A DNA stretch of 64,000 nt from an uncultured Candidatus Saccharibacteria bacterium (GTDB taxonomy: Bacteria; Patescibacteriota; Minisyncoccia; 2-02-FULL-40-12; GWA2-44-9): the NCBI GenBank assembly GCA_964513645.1, contig CAZENF010000002.1, forward strand, positions 206,072-270,071. The letters are read 5' to 3'. Positions 29,001-39,249 of this stretch are shown here, in pieces. Numbering within the stretch: position 1 is the first letter of the stretch; each line of letters starts with the position of its first letter. The notes below the pieces were generated by a model. The model saw nothing but the letters and a program-made list of their open reading frames with translations, was not told the DNA's origin and did no database searches. Made by a program: the position numbers and the translations under genes.

Positions 29001-29738
29001 TCAGCCTCTCGCAATGACCAGACAGATGACTTTTGAAGCGCCGCCGGACTTTAAAACCGAGGCCGCTTCCCTAAGTGTTCCGCCGGTGGTACAGACATCA
29101 TCTACCAACAATATGGTTCTTTTATTTATATCTACATTTTTATTAACGGAGAACTTTCCAGCTAAATTTTTGAGCCGTTCTTCTTTGTTTTGAACGTCTG
29201 CTTGGGGTTTTGTAAATTTATTTCTCATTAAGATTTCATTTTTTACCGTGAGTTGGGTTATCTCGCCGATCATATTGGACAATATTTCGGCCTGATTAAA
29301 ACCTCGCCAATTAAGGCGCCTAAGATGAAGCGGGACCGGGACTACGAGGGGATAGTTTTCGGTCAGGTTAAAATTTTTATCTCTGACAAGGTGGCGGATG
29401 TATTTTTTAAAAAGGGGTCTTAATGATGCGGCAATATCAGGTACCATGCGGTATTTAAGCGTTTTGATAGCTTTTTCGATGAGAGGATTATTGTAATCCG
29501 AAACTATCAACAAATTATCGATCACGGAAAATTCAGTACAATTAAAGCATGTTTTCCCAAGAGGTGTGGCGGTTTTACAGCCAGTGCACTCGAAATTATT
29601 TTTTATAGGAATTAAACCCAGGCACGATTTGCACAGGTATTCTTTCTTATTTTGAGGCGAAAATCTGCCGCAGCCAAGACAGCTTACTGGAAAAATCGTG
29701 TCTGCCAAAAAATTAAGCATTTGCTGGGGATAATTCAT
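29001..29738 (-). CDS. comF: ComF-family phosphoribosyltransferase-like competence protein
   Basis: Four CxxC pairs, PVPLH..R...RGFNQA, LLVDDVCTTGGT. Confidence 0.92.
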   Translation of the reverse strand: MNYPQQMLNFLADTIFPVSCLGCGRFSPQNKKEYLCKSCLGLIPIKNNFECTGCKTATPLGKTCFNCTEFSVIDNLLIVSDYNNPLIEKAIKTLKYRMVPDIAASLRPLFKKYIRHLVRDKNFNLTENYPLVVPVPLHLRRLNWRGFNQAEILSNMIGEITQLTVKNEILMRNKFTKPQADVQNKEERLKNLAGKFSVNKNVDINKRTILLVDDVCTTGGTLREAASVLKSGGASKVICLVIARG

Positions 29739-29872
29739 GATTGTTACATCCGAGCTATGTTATAATAAAGATGGGTAAAATATAGTAATTTTTTGATTTC
29801 TAAGCAAATCAAAAGAATGTCAGGGTTTTGGGACCGGAGATTAACTACGGTTACTTTTAGGTTTTAGATCAA

Positions 29873-30964
29873 ATGCCGTTTAATTTTTTCAAATCAATTA
29901 AACCTGGAGGCAGTTTGGGAATAGACATCGGAACCTCCTCGATAAAAATAGTGGAACTTGATAAAAAGTCAGGACGTTTTTCTTTGTCTAATTACGGCAT
30001 ATTTGAACTTAAGGGTATAGAACAGCCCGGCAGTCCCGACATGGATTCCGAAAAATGGCAAAGTATTTTGAGAATGCCGGATAAAGAAATATCTGAAGGT
30101 ATCATGCAGCTTTTAAAAGCAGCTAAGATGAGTTCTGTCGGTGCGGTCGTTTCAATACCGTCTTTTTCTACCTTCGCGACCGTTATCGAGATGCCTTATG
30201 TCTCTAATGAGGATTTGGCCAGGGCTTTGCCGTTTGAAGCAAAGAAATATGTACCGATACCTCTTGATGAAGTAGTTCTCGATTGGTCAATCGTCGGAGT
30301 CGCGGACGGTACAAAAGCGGAAGCTGGACCCTCGACAGTGGAAGTTTTTCTGGCGGCGGTATCAAAAGAAGAAACAGCCCGTTACCAGACCATAATTAAG
30401 AATGCCAGTCTTGAACTCAAAGCTCTCGAGCTTGAGAACGCTGCCTTGATAAGGGGTCTTTTGGGCAACGACTTGAGTCCGACGGCCGTGGTCAATATCG
30501 GTGGCAGAAGTACCTCAATAATCATAGTTAACCGGGGATACGAAAGGGTGGGTCATAACTATGAGATCGGAGGTTTCGAGATCACCAAAGCAATTTCTCA
30601 ATCGCTTGGGGTAAATCTCGAAAAAGCAGAAGAACTTAAGAGAAAATTCGGTCTTAAAAAAACACAGGAGAATATTATCAACGAATCAATGACCTCGCTA
30701 ATAGATATGATGGTTTTTGAGACCAAAAAAACAATCGCCAATTACGAAGAATCAAAAAAAGAAAAGATTGCAAACATAGTTCTGGTCGGCGGCCTGACCA
30801 ATATGCCTGGTTTTGGCGATTATTTCAAAGAAAAGATCGGCCGCGATGTGGTCATCGGAGATCCGTTTTCGAGGGTGGTTTATCCCAAAGAATTGGACTC
30901 GCTTATGCCTGAATTAAGAAGTACCTTAGCTATCGCAATAGGGTTGGCAATGAGAGAAACATAA
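29873..30964 (+). CDS. pilM: Type IV pilus assembly protein PilM
   Basis: GIDIGTSSIKIVEL actin-like fold, FEAKKYVP, AIAIGLAMR. Confidence 0.92.
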   Translation: MPFNFFKSIKPGGSLGIDIGTSSIKIVELDKKSGRFSLSNYGIFELKGIEQPGSPDMDSEKWQSILRMPDKEISEGIMQLLKAAKMSSVGAVVSIPSFSTFATVIEMPYVSNEDLARALPFEAKKYVPIPLDEVVLDWSIVGVADGTKAEAGPSTVEVFLAAVSKEETARYQTIIKNASLELKALELENAALIRGLLGNDLSPTAVVNIGGRSTSIIIVNRGYERVGHNYEIGGFEITKAISQSLGVNLEKAEELKRKFGLKKTQENIINESMTSLIDMMVFETKKTIANYEESKKEKIANIVLVGGLTNMPGFGDYFKEKIGRDVVIGDPFSRVVYPKELDSLMPELRSTLAIAIGLAMRET

Positions 30965-31061
30965 GGTGATATAATAAGATTAGATCCCTGTATTAAAATT
31001 TGACCGGAGCACTTATCAGGCAACAAACAGTTCTCCGGCGAAATTTTAGGGAAATAAGCAC

Positions 31062-31613
31062 GTGGACGGTAAAGACGGATTACAATTATTACCTGGAACT
31101 AAGAAAAGACTTGGAATTAAAATCCCGGGTGAGAACCGATTTCTTTACACCGGCAGTGCCGTATTGGGGGCGGTGCTTGTTAGCATGTTCGTTTTGCAGA
31201 ACTATATAACCTCTTTGAAAACCAAGGTTATGGACATAAATGACCAGATAACCGGGGTTGAGCAAAAAAGAAATAAAAAAGATGAAAACGAACTCCGATC
31301 TTTGAAAGACCACCTTATTACAACCTCAACCCTGATCAAACAGCACAGATACTGGACACAGTTGTTTACTTGGTTTGCCAGTACCTTGGAAGGCCAGGTC
31401 CAGATCAGATCGTTGAATGTGAGCACGGCTGGTAAAATTACCGTTTCTGCGATTGCCGCCAATTATACCGTTGTGGCCAAGCAGATTGCAGCTTTTCTTA
31501 CTGACGACAAAATAACGGATTTCAATGTCAGCAAGTTAACTGCGGCCTCAAACGGAAGCGTCGAGTTCGGAATTGAAATGAAGGTCGATCTTTCGAAACT
31601 TATTTATAAATAA
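31062..31613 (+). CDS. pilN: PilN-like protein
   Basis: LQLLP (INLLP-like) motif, TM, coiled coil; synteny. Confidence 0.7.
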   Translation: MDGKDGLQLLPGTKKRLGIKIPGENRFLYTGSAVLGAVLVSMFVLQNYITSLKTKVMDINDQITGVEQKRNKKDENELRSLKDHLITTSTLIKQHRYWTQLFTWFASTLEGQVQIRSLNVSTAGKITVSAIAANYTVVAKQIAAFLTDDKITDFNVSKLTAASNGSVEFGIEMKVDLSKLIYK

Positions 31614-32218
31614 TGGCGAGGAGCATAAAAAATTTAATAGCCTCTGTCCTGATATCGATAAGCGGTTATCTTTTGTGGACCCAGGTTTTGCCGGACTATA
31701 CGATAGTTAACTTTTTAAAAGCGGAAGTAATATCTAAAACAGATGTTTTAAATTCAAGATCGGAAACGATCAAGAAGATACAGAATTTAAGACAGGATAG
31801 TAGCTCTAAATACACAGCACTTCAAAGATTAGCCCTGGTCGTACCGGACAAAAGAAACATCTCCGAACTTATAACGGAACTCGAAGAAATATACTCCAAT
31901 AATGGATTTATTTTGCCTGCAATAAGTTTGGGCGATCTTGAACAGGACCCGACAAGCCAGGTAGCCAAAATAGGTTTTGAAGGCGGAGCGATCGGAACTT
32001 ATTCTCAATTCTTGAGCTTTCTCGGCAGTTTTCAAAAAAGCATAAGACTGTTCGATATAAGCACTATTGATATAGGTTCAGGAACAGGAGTCGGTCTTGG
32101 TGGAGGGAATGATCCCCAGCTTACATTCAATATGAACGGGCAATTTTATTGGTTAAGGCCGGCCGAATCGGTTGTGACCCCCGGCGGGACTTCATCTGGT
32201 GCTAAGGAGGCGCCATAA
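31613..32218 (+). CDS. pilO: PilO-like protein
   Basis: TM, coiled coil, GTYSQFLSFL...RLFDI; synteny. Confidence 0.75.
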   Translation: MARSIKNLIASVLISISGYLLWTQVLPDYTIVNFLKAEVISKTDVLNSRSETIKKIQNLRQDSSSKYTALQRLALVVPDKRNISELITELEEIYSNNGFILPAISLGDLEQDPTSQVAKIGFEGGAIGTYSQFLSFLGSFQKSIRLFDISTIDIGSGTGVGLGGGNDPQLTFNMNGQFYWLRPAESVVTPGGTSSGAKEAP

Positions 32219-32220
32219 AT

Positions 32221-32511
32221 ATGGATAGGATAATAATACAATTTGGCAGAAGTAAAATAATATTATCATTGATAATAATGATAGGTTTGGTTGCCGGATA
32301 TATGTCATACTCTCAAGCTGATGATCCGACGGTCGGTGTTATAAGCAACCAGCCGGCCATAAAAGCCGGAGATTTGGAGTATTTCAATAATTTTAATGTC
32401 GACTTTTCGATACTTGACGACCCTCGTTATAAGGATCTGGAAATCTTCGGAGAAAATCCTGTTGATGCGGGAATTATTGGTGAGCGTAAAAATCCTTTCG
32501 CTCCGCTTTAA
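32221..32511 (+). CDS. Small T4P-associated membrane protein (PilP position)
   Basis: TM plus C-terminal GERKNPFAP (RDPF-like). Confidence 0.65.
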   Translation: MDRIIIQFGRSKIILSLIIMIGLVAGYMSYSQADDPTVGVISNQPAIKAGDLEYFNNFNVDFSILDDPRYKDLEIFGENPVDAGIIGERKNPFAPL

Positions 32512-32513
32512 AA

Positions 32514-34262
32514 ATGCCGATAAAAATACCAAACACATTAGTTGAGGAATTAATTCGCCAGGGCCTGATGAACAAAAAAGACTCAAAGGCCTACGAGGAT
32601 TTGGCGCGTAAAGAAGATAAAGAACTCGGTCAGATACTTATAGAAAAAGACGTTGTTACTTCTGCCAACCTTCTTCAGATAAAATCACAGCTTTATCATC
32701 TGCCGATCGTAAAACTTGAAGAAGTTCAGATCGACAATAACGCTCTTAAAGAAGTTTCCGAAGATATCGTCGCTTTTTATAAGATAGCCCCCTTCGCCAG
32801 AGAGGGGAATGTACTTAAAGTTGGAGTTCTTAATCCTGAAGACATAGATGCCTTGGAAGCTCTTAAGTTTATCGCTTCCGGACGTGGTTTTACTATCGAT
32901 AAATATGTAATGGATTATAAGGATTTTGAGTCGGTTCTCAGAGGTTACCGTTCTTTATCGGCTGAAGTTGGAAAAGCCCTCGAATCGCTCTCGGATGAGA
33001 TAGAAGAAGAAGCCGTCGGTCCCCAGAAGATAGAAGAAATAACCGCCGAGGGAGCTGTTACCAAAATTGTTGCCTCCATCGTCAAATATGCGGTTGAGTC
33101 GAGAGCGTCTGATATTCATATAGAACCATTCGAAGAGAAGGTTAATGTCCGTTTCAGGGTAGACGGCGTTTTAATCATAGCTTTAACGCTTCCGAAGAAT
33201 GTACACTCGGCTGTTCTGACCAGAATAAAAGTTCTTTCTAACTTAAAAATAGATGAAACTCGCCTTGCTCAGGACGGCCGTTTTTCTACAACTCTGAACA
33301 AAAGAAGGATCGATTTCCGTGTTTCAACTTTTCCGACCAAGAACGGCGAAAAAGTCGTTATGCGTATCTTGGACCCGTTGACGAGCAAGATAGATCTTGT
33401 TGACCTGGGTCTCGAAGGTCGTTCAATGGAGGTTCTTGAGAGGTCTTTGGCGAAACCGTTCGGCAGTGTACTTATAACCGGTCCGACCGGTTCCGGAAAA
33501 TCAACGACCTTGGCCGGTATTTTAAAACGTATGAACAACGAGGAGGTTAACATAGTCACTCTCGAGGATCCTATCGAGTATTTTGTTGAGGGCGTTAACC
33601 AGTCACAGGTCCATGAAGAGATCGGATATACTTTTGCTTCCGGCTTGAGACATATTTTGAGGCAGGACCCGGATATTATCATGGTCGGTGAGATTAGAGA
33701 CCCGGAAACCGCTTCTTTGGCCGTTCAGGCCGCATTGACCGGTCACATTGTTATTTCAACTCTCCACACCAATGATGCCATCGGCGTTGTTCCCAGGTTG
33801 ATAGACATGAAGGTGGAAAAGTATCTTATTCCGCCGACCCTTAACGTGGCTGTTGCTCAAAGACTGTTGCGTCGTCTCTGTTCTGATTGTAAAATTAAGG
33901 ATAAGGCGAACGTTGCCGAAGAGGGGATAATCAACGCCGCTCTTCAGACAATGCCGGAACAGTACAGCAAGCAGCTTTATTCTGCGACCGGTTATGAAAT
34001 TTACCGGCCCAACATCGACAACGCCTGTAAGAAATGCGGCGGCAAGGCTTTTAAAGGCAGGATCGCTATTTTTGAAATGTTGGAAATGAACGACCATCTC
34101 GAAAAAATTATTTTAGCCGATATTTCAGAGGCGTCTTTGAGAGAAGAAGGTAAGCGTCAGGGTATGATAACAATGTTCCAGGACGGTATCCTTAAAACTT
34201 TAAAAGGCGTTTGCTCTCTTGATGAGCTCCTCGAAGTAGCTCAAATGGAGGACAAAGGGTAA
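32514..34262 (+). CDS. pilB: Type IV pilus extension ATPase PilB/GspE
   Basis: ASDIHIEP, GPTGSGKST, LRQDPDIIMVGEIRD, STLHTN, tetracysteine motif. Confidence 0.95.
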   Translation: MPIKIPNTLVEELIRQGLMNKKDSKAYEDLARKEDKELGQILIEKDVVTSANLLQIKSQLYHLPIVKLEEVQIDNNALKEVSEDIVAFYKIAPFAREGNVLKVGVLNPEDIDALEALKFIASGRGFTIDKYVMDYKDFESVLRGYRSLSAEVGKALESLSDEIEEEAVGPQKIEEITAEGAVTKIVASIVKYAVESRASDIHIEPFEEKVNVRFRVDGVLIIALTLPKNVHSAVLTRIKVLSNLKIDETRLAQDGRFSTTLNKRRIDFRVSTFPTKNGEKVVMRILDPLTSKIDLVDLGLEGRSMEVLERSLAKPFGSVLITGPTGSGKSTTLAGILKRMNNEEVNIVTLEDPIEYFVEGVNQSQVHEEIGYTFASGLRHILRQDPDIIMVGEIRDPETASLAVQAALTGHIVISTLHTNDAIGVVPRLIDMKVEKYLIPPTLNVAVAQRLLRRLCSDCKIKDKANVAEEGIINAALQTMPEQYSKQLYSATGYEIYRPNIDNACKKCGGKAFKGRIAIFEMLEMNDHLEKIILADISEASLREEGKRQGMITMFQDGILKTLKGVCSLDELLEVAQMEDKG

Positions 34263-34271
34263 TTTACAAAT

Positions 34272-35339
34272 ATGGCGGATTTTAAACAACAGCTCGAAGA
34301 CCTATTATTGAATGCTGCGCAGAACAACGCGTCTGATATCCATTTGTCTCCTGGAAATTATCCGATATTGAGAATAGACGGGCGCCTTATACCGTTGTCC
34401 AATAAAAAGATCCTCGATTCAGAAACTCTCGAGGGTGTTATTTCCATACTTCTTGGCGATGAGAGGAAAGCTCGCTTTGTTTCAGAGAAAGAACTCGATT
34501 TTTCTTATGAATCTGCCCAAGGCGTCCGTTTCAGAGTAAATGTTTATTATACTCAAGGCCGGATGGCGGCAACCCTTCGCCTGGTGCCTGTTCAGATTAA
34601 AAGCGTAGAGGACTTGAATCTCCCTCCGATATTAAAAGTTTTTGGAAAACTTTCCCAAGGTTTTATCTTGGTTGTCGGGCCAAACGGCCACGGTAAATCA
34701 ACGACCCTTGCGGCTTTGGTGGACCTTATTAATAAAGAAAGATCGGAAAAGATAATCACTATCGAGGATCCGATAGAATATATTTTTACACCTGAAAAAA
34801 GCATTATTGACCAGAGAGAGGTTTATCAGGATACATTCTCTTTTCATAAAGCTCTACGCTCCGCTTTCCGCGAGAATGTTAATGTCGTGATGGTAGGAGA
34901 GATGAGGGACTACGAAACTATGAGTGCTGCCGTTACCGCCGCCGAAACAGGCCATCTTGTTTTCGGTTCCCTTCATACAAACAGCGCCTCTCAAACCATC
35001 GAAAGGATAATCGACAGTTTTCCTCCCAACCAGCAAACCCAGATAAGGAATCAGCTGGCAAACACCATTTCTGGTATAATTTCTCAGCGTCTCATCCCAA
35101 GAATAAAAGGCGGTCTCATTCCTGCAGTCGAGGTTATGATCGCAACTCCGGCCATCAGAACCCTTATCCGGGACAACCGTCCTCGCCAGCTCGACCTGGT
35201 CATCGAAACCAGCCAGGAAACGGGTATGATATCTCTTAACCGTTCTTTGGCTGACCTCGTCCGGTTAAAAGAAATAAGTTTGGAAAGGGCCCAGTTCTAT
35301 TCACAGAACCCTTCGGAACTCAAAGAGTTAATACGTTAG
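34272..35339 (+). CDS. pilT: Type IV pilus retraction ATPase PilT
   Basis: GPNGHGKST, TIEDPIE, AAETGHLVFGSLHT, AIRTLIRD (AIRNLIRE-like). Confidence 0.93.
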   Translation: MADFKQQLEDLLLNAAQNNASDIHLSPGNYPILRIDGRLIPLSNKKILDSETLEGVISILLGDERKARFVSEKELDFSYESAQGVRFRVNVYYTQGRMAATLRLVPVQIKSVEDLNLPPILKVFGKLSQGFILVVGPNGHGKSTTLAALVDLINKERSEKIITIEDPIEYIFTPEKSIIDQREVYQDTFSFHKALRSAFRENVNVVMVGEMRDYETMSAAVTAAETGHLVFGSLHTNSASQTIERIIDSFPPNQQTQIRNQLANTISGIISQRLIPRIKGGLIPAVEVMIATPAIRTLIRDNRPRQLDLVIETSQETGMISLNRSLADLVRLKEISLERAQFYSQNPSELKELIR

Positions 35340-35396
35340 GTTATAGGTAAGAAGCCGGGATTTATTAGCTGCTTACCGATAAGCTAATTTTATAAT

Positions 35397-36608
35397 TTGG
35401 CAGAATTTAGTTATCAGGCTAAAACTCGGGAAGGCCATATTGTTCAAGGGATAATCGATTCCCCGAACCAGAATCTGGCCGTCGATATCCTTCATGGCAA
35501 GGGTTATATTATATTGTCTCTCGAATCCAAATCGTCGCTAAGCACTATGGATATCTCGCTCGGTTTTCTTTCCCGGCCGAACAGCAAAGACCTCGCGATA
35601 TTCACCCGCCAGTTATCAACCCTTATTGATGCAGACATGCCTTTAAGCGAAGGTCTAAGAATTCTTGCGAAACAGGTGGATAAAGCATCTCTCCGTACGA
35701 TAATTGCGGAAATCGCCGAAGCGGTTGAAGGAGGTTCTTTGCTTTCAGCCGCCTTGTCCCAATATCCGAAATTATTCTCAGATTTCTATGTTAAGCTCGT
35801 TCAATCCGGAGAAATATCCGGAAAACTTCATGATTCTCTTTTATATCTTGCTGATTATGTCGAGCACAGCCAGGAAATAAATTCAAAAATAAGAGGTGCG
35901 ATGGCTTATCCTTCTTTTATCATATTTTCTTTAGTCGTCGTTACTGTAATTATGACCACTTTTGTCTTACCTCAATTGCTGTCAATATTTAAAGAGGTTG
36001 GCGCGACAGATTTGCCGATCACTACCCGGACCCTTATTTGGGTAACAGACTTTGTTAACGGCAATCTCCTGTTTTTGTCGATATTTTCTTTCTTTTCAAT
36101 ATCAATAATAGTTTATTTTATAAGAACACCCGAGGGAAAAGAATGGCTTGATGTGGTCAAGATCAGATTTCCCCAGCTTGGAACGATAGTCCGGAATCTC
36201 TACCTTGCCAGAATGGCGGAAAGTCTTACCACTCTTATGAAATCAGGCATCCCCATCTTAGACGCTCTTAAAATTACCGGAGAATTAGTGGGTAATTCGG
36301 TTTTTAAGAAGATAGTTTTAGATGCAGAAGAAAGCGTTAAGGCAGGAGGAAGTATTTCAGCGGCTCTGACCAAATATAAAGAGATTCCGCCGCTTTTTTC
36401 TTCGATGATAGCAATAGGGGAGAGAACAGGTAAGATGGAGTTTATCTTAGAGCATGTGTCTAAATTTTATAAATCCGAATCAGAAGCATCCATCGACAGT
36501 ATCTCTCAGATAGTTGAGCCTGCCCTTATCTTGCTTCTCGGTGTTGCGGTCGCCGGATTGGTTTCGAGCATACTTTTGCCTATATATAACGTTGTCAGTA
36601 GCGTCTAA
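35397..36608 (+). CDS. pilC: Type IV pilus platform protein PilC/GspF
   Basis: FTRQLSTL, GEISGKL, AMAYP, GERTG, EP...ILLPIY. Confidence 0.95.
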   Translation: MAEFSYQAKTREGHIVQGIIDSPNQNLAVDILHGKGYIILSLESKSSLSTMDISLGFLSRPNSKDLAIFTRQLSTLIDADMPLSEGLRILAKQVDKASLRTIIAEIAEAVEGGSLLSAALSQYPKLFSDFYVKLVQSGEISGKLHDSLLYLADYVEHSQEINSKIRGAMAYPSFIIFSLVVVTVIMTTFVLPQLLSIFKEVGATDLPITTRTLIWVTDFVNGNLLFLSIFSFFSISIIVYFIRTPEGKEWLDVVKIRFPQLGTIVRNLYLARMAESLTTLMKSGIPILDALKITGELVGNSVFKKIVLDAEESVKAGGSISAALTKYKEIPPLFSSMIAIGERTGKMEFILEHVSKFYKSESEASIDSISQIVEPALILLLGVAVAGLVSSILLPIYNVVSSV

Positions 36609-36776
36609 GATAATTATCGGATGTGGATATCTTGTTTTGCTAAGAATTACAGGCGCTGTATAATTAATCGTAGGTCCATAAAACTTCGTTTCTAAATATA
36701 AAGTTTAAGTTCTCTATCAGTTGCTTTTTAGTTTTTATCCTTAAAGCTAAAGACCAAGTGATAGAAGCTAAATAAA

Positions 36777-37349
36777 GTGTCGATTATAAAAAAACTAACT
36801 AAAAACTCTTCAAAGGGTTTTACTTTGGTCGAATTGCTGGTCGTTATCGCTATCATCGGTGTTTTAGCCACCTTGATATTGCTTCAGTTGGGTGCTGCTC
36901 GTCAAAAAGCGAGAGACGCCAAGAGAGTTGCTGATATCAACCAGGTCAGGTCCGCAGTCGAATTGTACTTCGACGATAACAGCGGTCACTATCCGAACGT
37001 CCAGACCCTTAACGATAACCTCGTTAACGTAGGTAAATATATGACCCTATTGCCGGTTGACCCTCTTGCTGCCGGAGGTTGTGGTGCCGGTGCAACTGCC
37101 AACTATAACGGTACAGGAGGTTGTTACGGCTATGCATGGAGCCCGAACGTGAATCCAGGTAAATTTCATCTCTGGGCCGAACTCGAGAGATACTCAACCG
37201 CCCTCACCGCTGATATTGACTTCAACTCTTTGGGCGCATCCCCGGTCTTTAATGGAGCTGCTGTGAACGGAGCCAGTGAAGCCCAGCCTTGTGCTGATAC
37301 GAACGTCCAGAACCAGAACTGTGTCTATGATGTCGGTGTGACTCAATAA
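36777..37349 (+). CDS. Type IV pilin (probable major pilin)
   Basis: KGFTLVELLVVIAIIG class III signal, ARQKARDAKR; own promoter region and terminator. Confidence 0.9.
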   Translation: MSIIKKLTKNSSKGFTLVELLVVIAIIGVLATLILLQLGAARQKARDAKRVADINQVRSAVELYFDDNSGHYPNVQTLNDNLVNVGKYMTLLPVDPLAAGGCGAGATANYNGTGGCYGYAWSPNVNPGKFHLWAELERYSTALTADIDFNSLGASPVFNGAAVNGASEAQPCADTNVQNQNCVYDVGVTQ

Positions 37350-37358
37350 GTTCTAATA

Positions 37359-37389
37359 TTAAAAATCCCCCTTCTTGGGGGATTTTTAA
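37359..37389 (+). terminator. Terminator after the pilin gene
   Basis: TTAAAAATCCCCC-ttctt-GGGGGATTTTTAA. Confidence 0.8.
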
Positions 37390-37409
37390 TTAGATGATAT
37401 CATCAGTTC

Positions 37410-38168
37410 ATGAATTATCTTTACCTCCTAATGGTAATTTTTATCGGAACCTGCTTAGGAAGCTTTATGAGTGTCCTTGTTTCAAGACTGGATGAGAAAG
37501 AGGGGATATTAACCGGACGGTCAGAATGTCCTAAATGCCTGGTTAAATTAAAATGGTATGACTTGGTGCCTCTACTTAGCTTTTTTGCTTTGGGTGGAAA
37601 GTGCCGTAAGTGTAAAGAAAAAATATCTTTTATTTATCCGGCGATGGAGTTGTCGGTTGCTTTTTCTTTTGCCTCCTATCTCGTTATCAACGGCTTTTAC
37701 CTTAGTTTAGCGGATATATACAGTTTAATGATGATATTTATACTCCTTATCTTATTTTTCTTTGACTTTACTTACTATATTTTGCCAGATAAGATAATAT
37801 TTCCGGGCATAGCTATATCAGTACTATATTCTGTATTTTTTGAGCCGAACTATTTCTTCGAGCGTCTTTTAACTGGCTTGGGCTTGGCGGGTTTTTTTGC
37901 TATTATGTATGTAATATCTCACGGTGAATGGATTGGTTTTGGGGACGTTAAGCTCGCTTTGTTTGTTGGCCTGTTGACGGGATTTTTATTGGGCATGTTT
38001 TCAATGCTTACTGCGATCTGGGTGGGTGCTTTTTGGGGCATCGGTATGATGTTAATGAGCAGGGCCAGCATGAAAACGGCGCTTCCTTTCGGTTGTTTTA
38101 TATGTTCTACAACCATCATAAGTATAATATTTCATGGATACATCACTTTATCCCTCACTAAATTATAA
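37410..38168 (+). CDS. pilD: Prepilin peptidase PilD
   Basis: GSF, RSECPKC, GKCRKC, GFGDVKL, LPFG. Confidence 0.93.
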   Translation: MNYLYLLMVIFIGTCLGSFMSVLVSRLDEKEGILTGRSECPKCLVKLKWYDLVPLLSFFALGGKCRKCKEKISFIYPAMELSVAFSFASYLVINGFYLSLADIYSLMMIFILLILFFFDFTYYILPDKIIFPGIAISVLYSVFFEPNYFFERLLTGLGLAGFFAIMYVISHGEWIGFGDVKLALFVGLLTGFLLGMFSMLTAIWVGAFWGIGMMLMSRASMKTALPFGCFICSTTIISIIFHGYITLSLTKL

Positions 38169-38553
38169 AAAAAAGACTTCTGAATATTTGATGGCGTTTG
38201 TCCTTATGTTTCTTGTCGGGGCGGGTGTTTTGTGGGTCAGGGGATTTTTAAATTTAGATAAGGCGCGTCTGGACCTCGATATCAATGGTCGGAAAAGATC
38301 TTTTGAGGGCGAGGTTACTCGGAATATGACCGTTATTGACGTCATCCAGGCCGCGGCTTTGGCCGGCAATATCTCTCTTGCGTTGGTTAAGGACGAAAAC
38401 GGCGGATTTTTTATCCGCTCCATTGACGGATATTCTTCCGTGACCAGTACCAAAAAACTTGATATTTATTTAAATTCTTCAAAAATAGACCCGGCTAAGA
38501 TATCCTCTACTATCGTCAGGAGCGGAGATAAAATAATTATAACCACCGAATAA
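38134..38553 (+). CDS. Membrane-anchored hypothetical protein (possible beta-grasp/DUF4430-like domain)
   Basis: One TM, MTVIDVI...FIRSIDG...YLN...GDKI pattern; start uncertain. Confidence 0.55.
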   Translation: MDTSLYPSLNYKKKTSEYLMAFVLMFLVGAGVLWVRGFLNLDKARLDLDINGRKRSFEGEVTRNMTVIDVIQAAALAGNISLALVKDENGGFFIRSIDGYSSVTSTKKLDIYLNSSKIDPAKISSTIVRSGDKIIITTE

Positions 38554-38559
38554 TGAAAA

Positions 38560-39246
38560 ATGACCAGTAATCCCAAAAAAACAAGTAATAAACTTATCCG
38601 CACAGCCGGCTTTACTTTGATGGAGGTTTTGGTGGTGATGAGTATTTCTTCTTTTATTGTTATAACCCTTCTCAGCAATGTCTTAAGGAACAGGGTTAGT
38701 TTAAGTGAAACCGCGAGGGTTATTGTGGCGGATATAAGAACCGCCCAGGCAAATGCTTTGGCCTCTAAACAATATAACAACCTTAACCGCTGCGGCTATG
38801 GCCTTCATATGCTGACTAAGAGCCAAGCTTCAACTGCCGAACCTTTCGGCCGTACGTATTATTTGTGGACAACAGGCGCAAGTCCACCAAGTTGTCCTCC
38901 TTCAGGTGGCAATGCAACCTACCAGCCGTCGGACTCAGGGGTTGTTACTAACAGGATACTGGATTCGAGACTTGAGATGTGTGATCCGCCTTCAGGACAA
39001 AATAGCTGTGCTTCGGGTACCGGCACCAGCGGGTCTTTTAATGACATATACTTCTCAAATACAAGCGGAACCATCTTTGTGAATAATAAATCCTGCCCCA
39101 TCAATAATGCCGCGCAAGGATATTCAGAGATACTTATCCGCAAAATAGGAGCAACCTGCCCGTCTTCAAGTTGCTTATACATATGCGTAATGGCTAATGG
39201 CAATATCTTCAATAGTGCCAATCCTTGTACCGCGGTTACCTGTTAA
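38560..39246 (+). CDS. Minor pilin (FimT/FimU-like), Cys-rich
   Basis: AGFTLMEVLVV; ADIRTAQ. Confidence 0.85.
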   Translation: MTSNPKKTSNKLIRTAGFTLMEVLVVMSISSFIVITLLSNVLRNRVSLSETARVIVADIRTAQANALASKQYNNLNRCGYGLHMLTKSQASTAEPFGRTYYLWTTGASPPSCPPSGGNATYQPSDSGVVTNRILDSRLEMCDPPSGQNSCASGTGTSGSFNDIYFSNTSGTIFVNNKSCPINNAAQGYSEILIRKIGATCPSSSCLYICVMANGNIFNSANPCTAVTC

Positions 39247-39249
39247 TAA

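Noticed and set aside
28566-29193. Short + strand ORFs (28566-28826, 28796-29017, 28882-29193) and 18163-18372
   Set aside because: They overlap tRNA genes in antisense (WDSNP and EESNL are T-arm translations) or overlap comF.
29739-29872. Riboswitch (e.g. c-di-GMP) between comF and pilM
   Set aside because: Only an AT-rich hairpin (TTTTGATTT/AAATCAAAA) is present, with no recognisable aptamer consensus; a divergent promoter region explains it.
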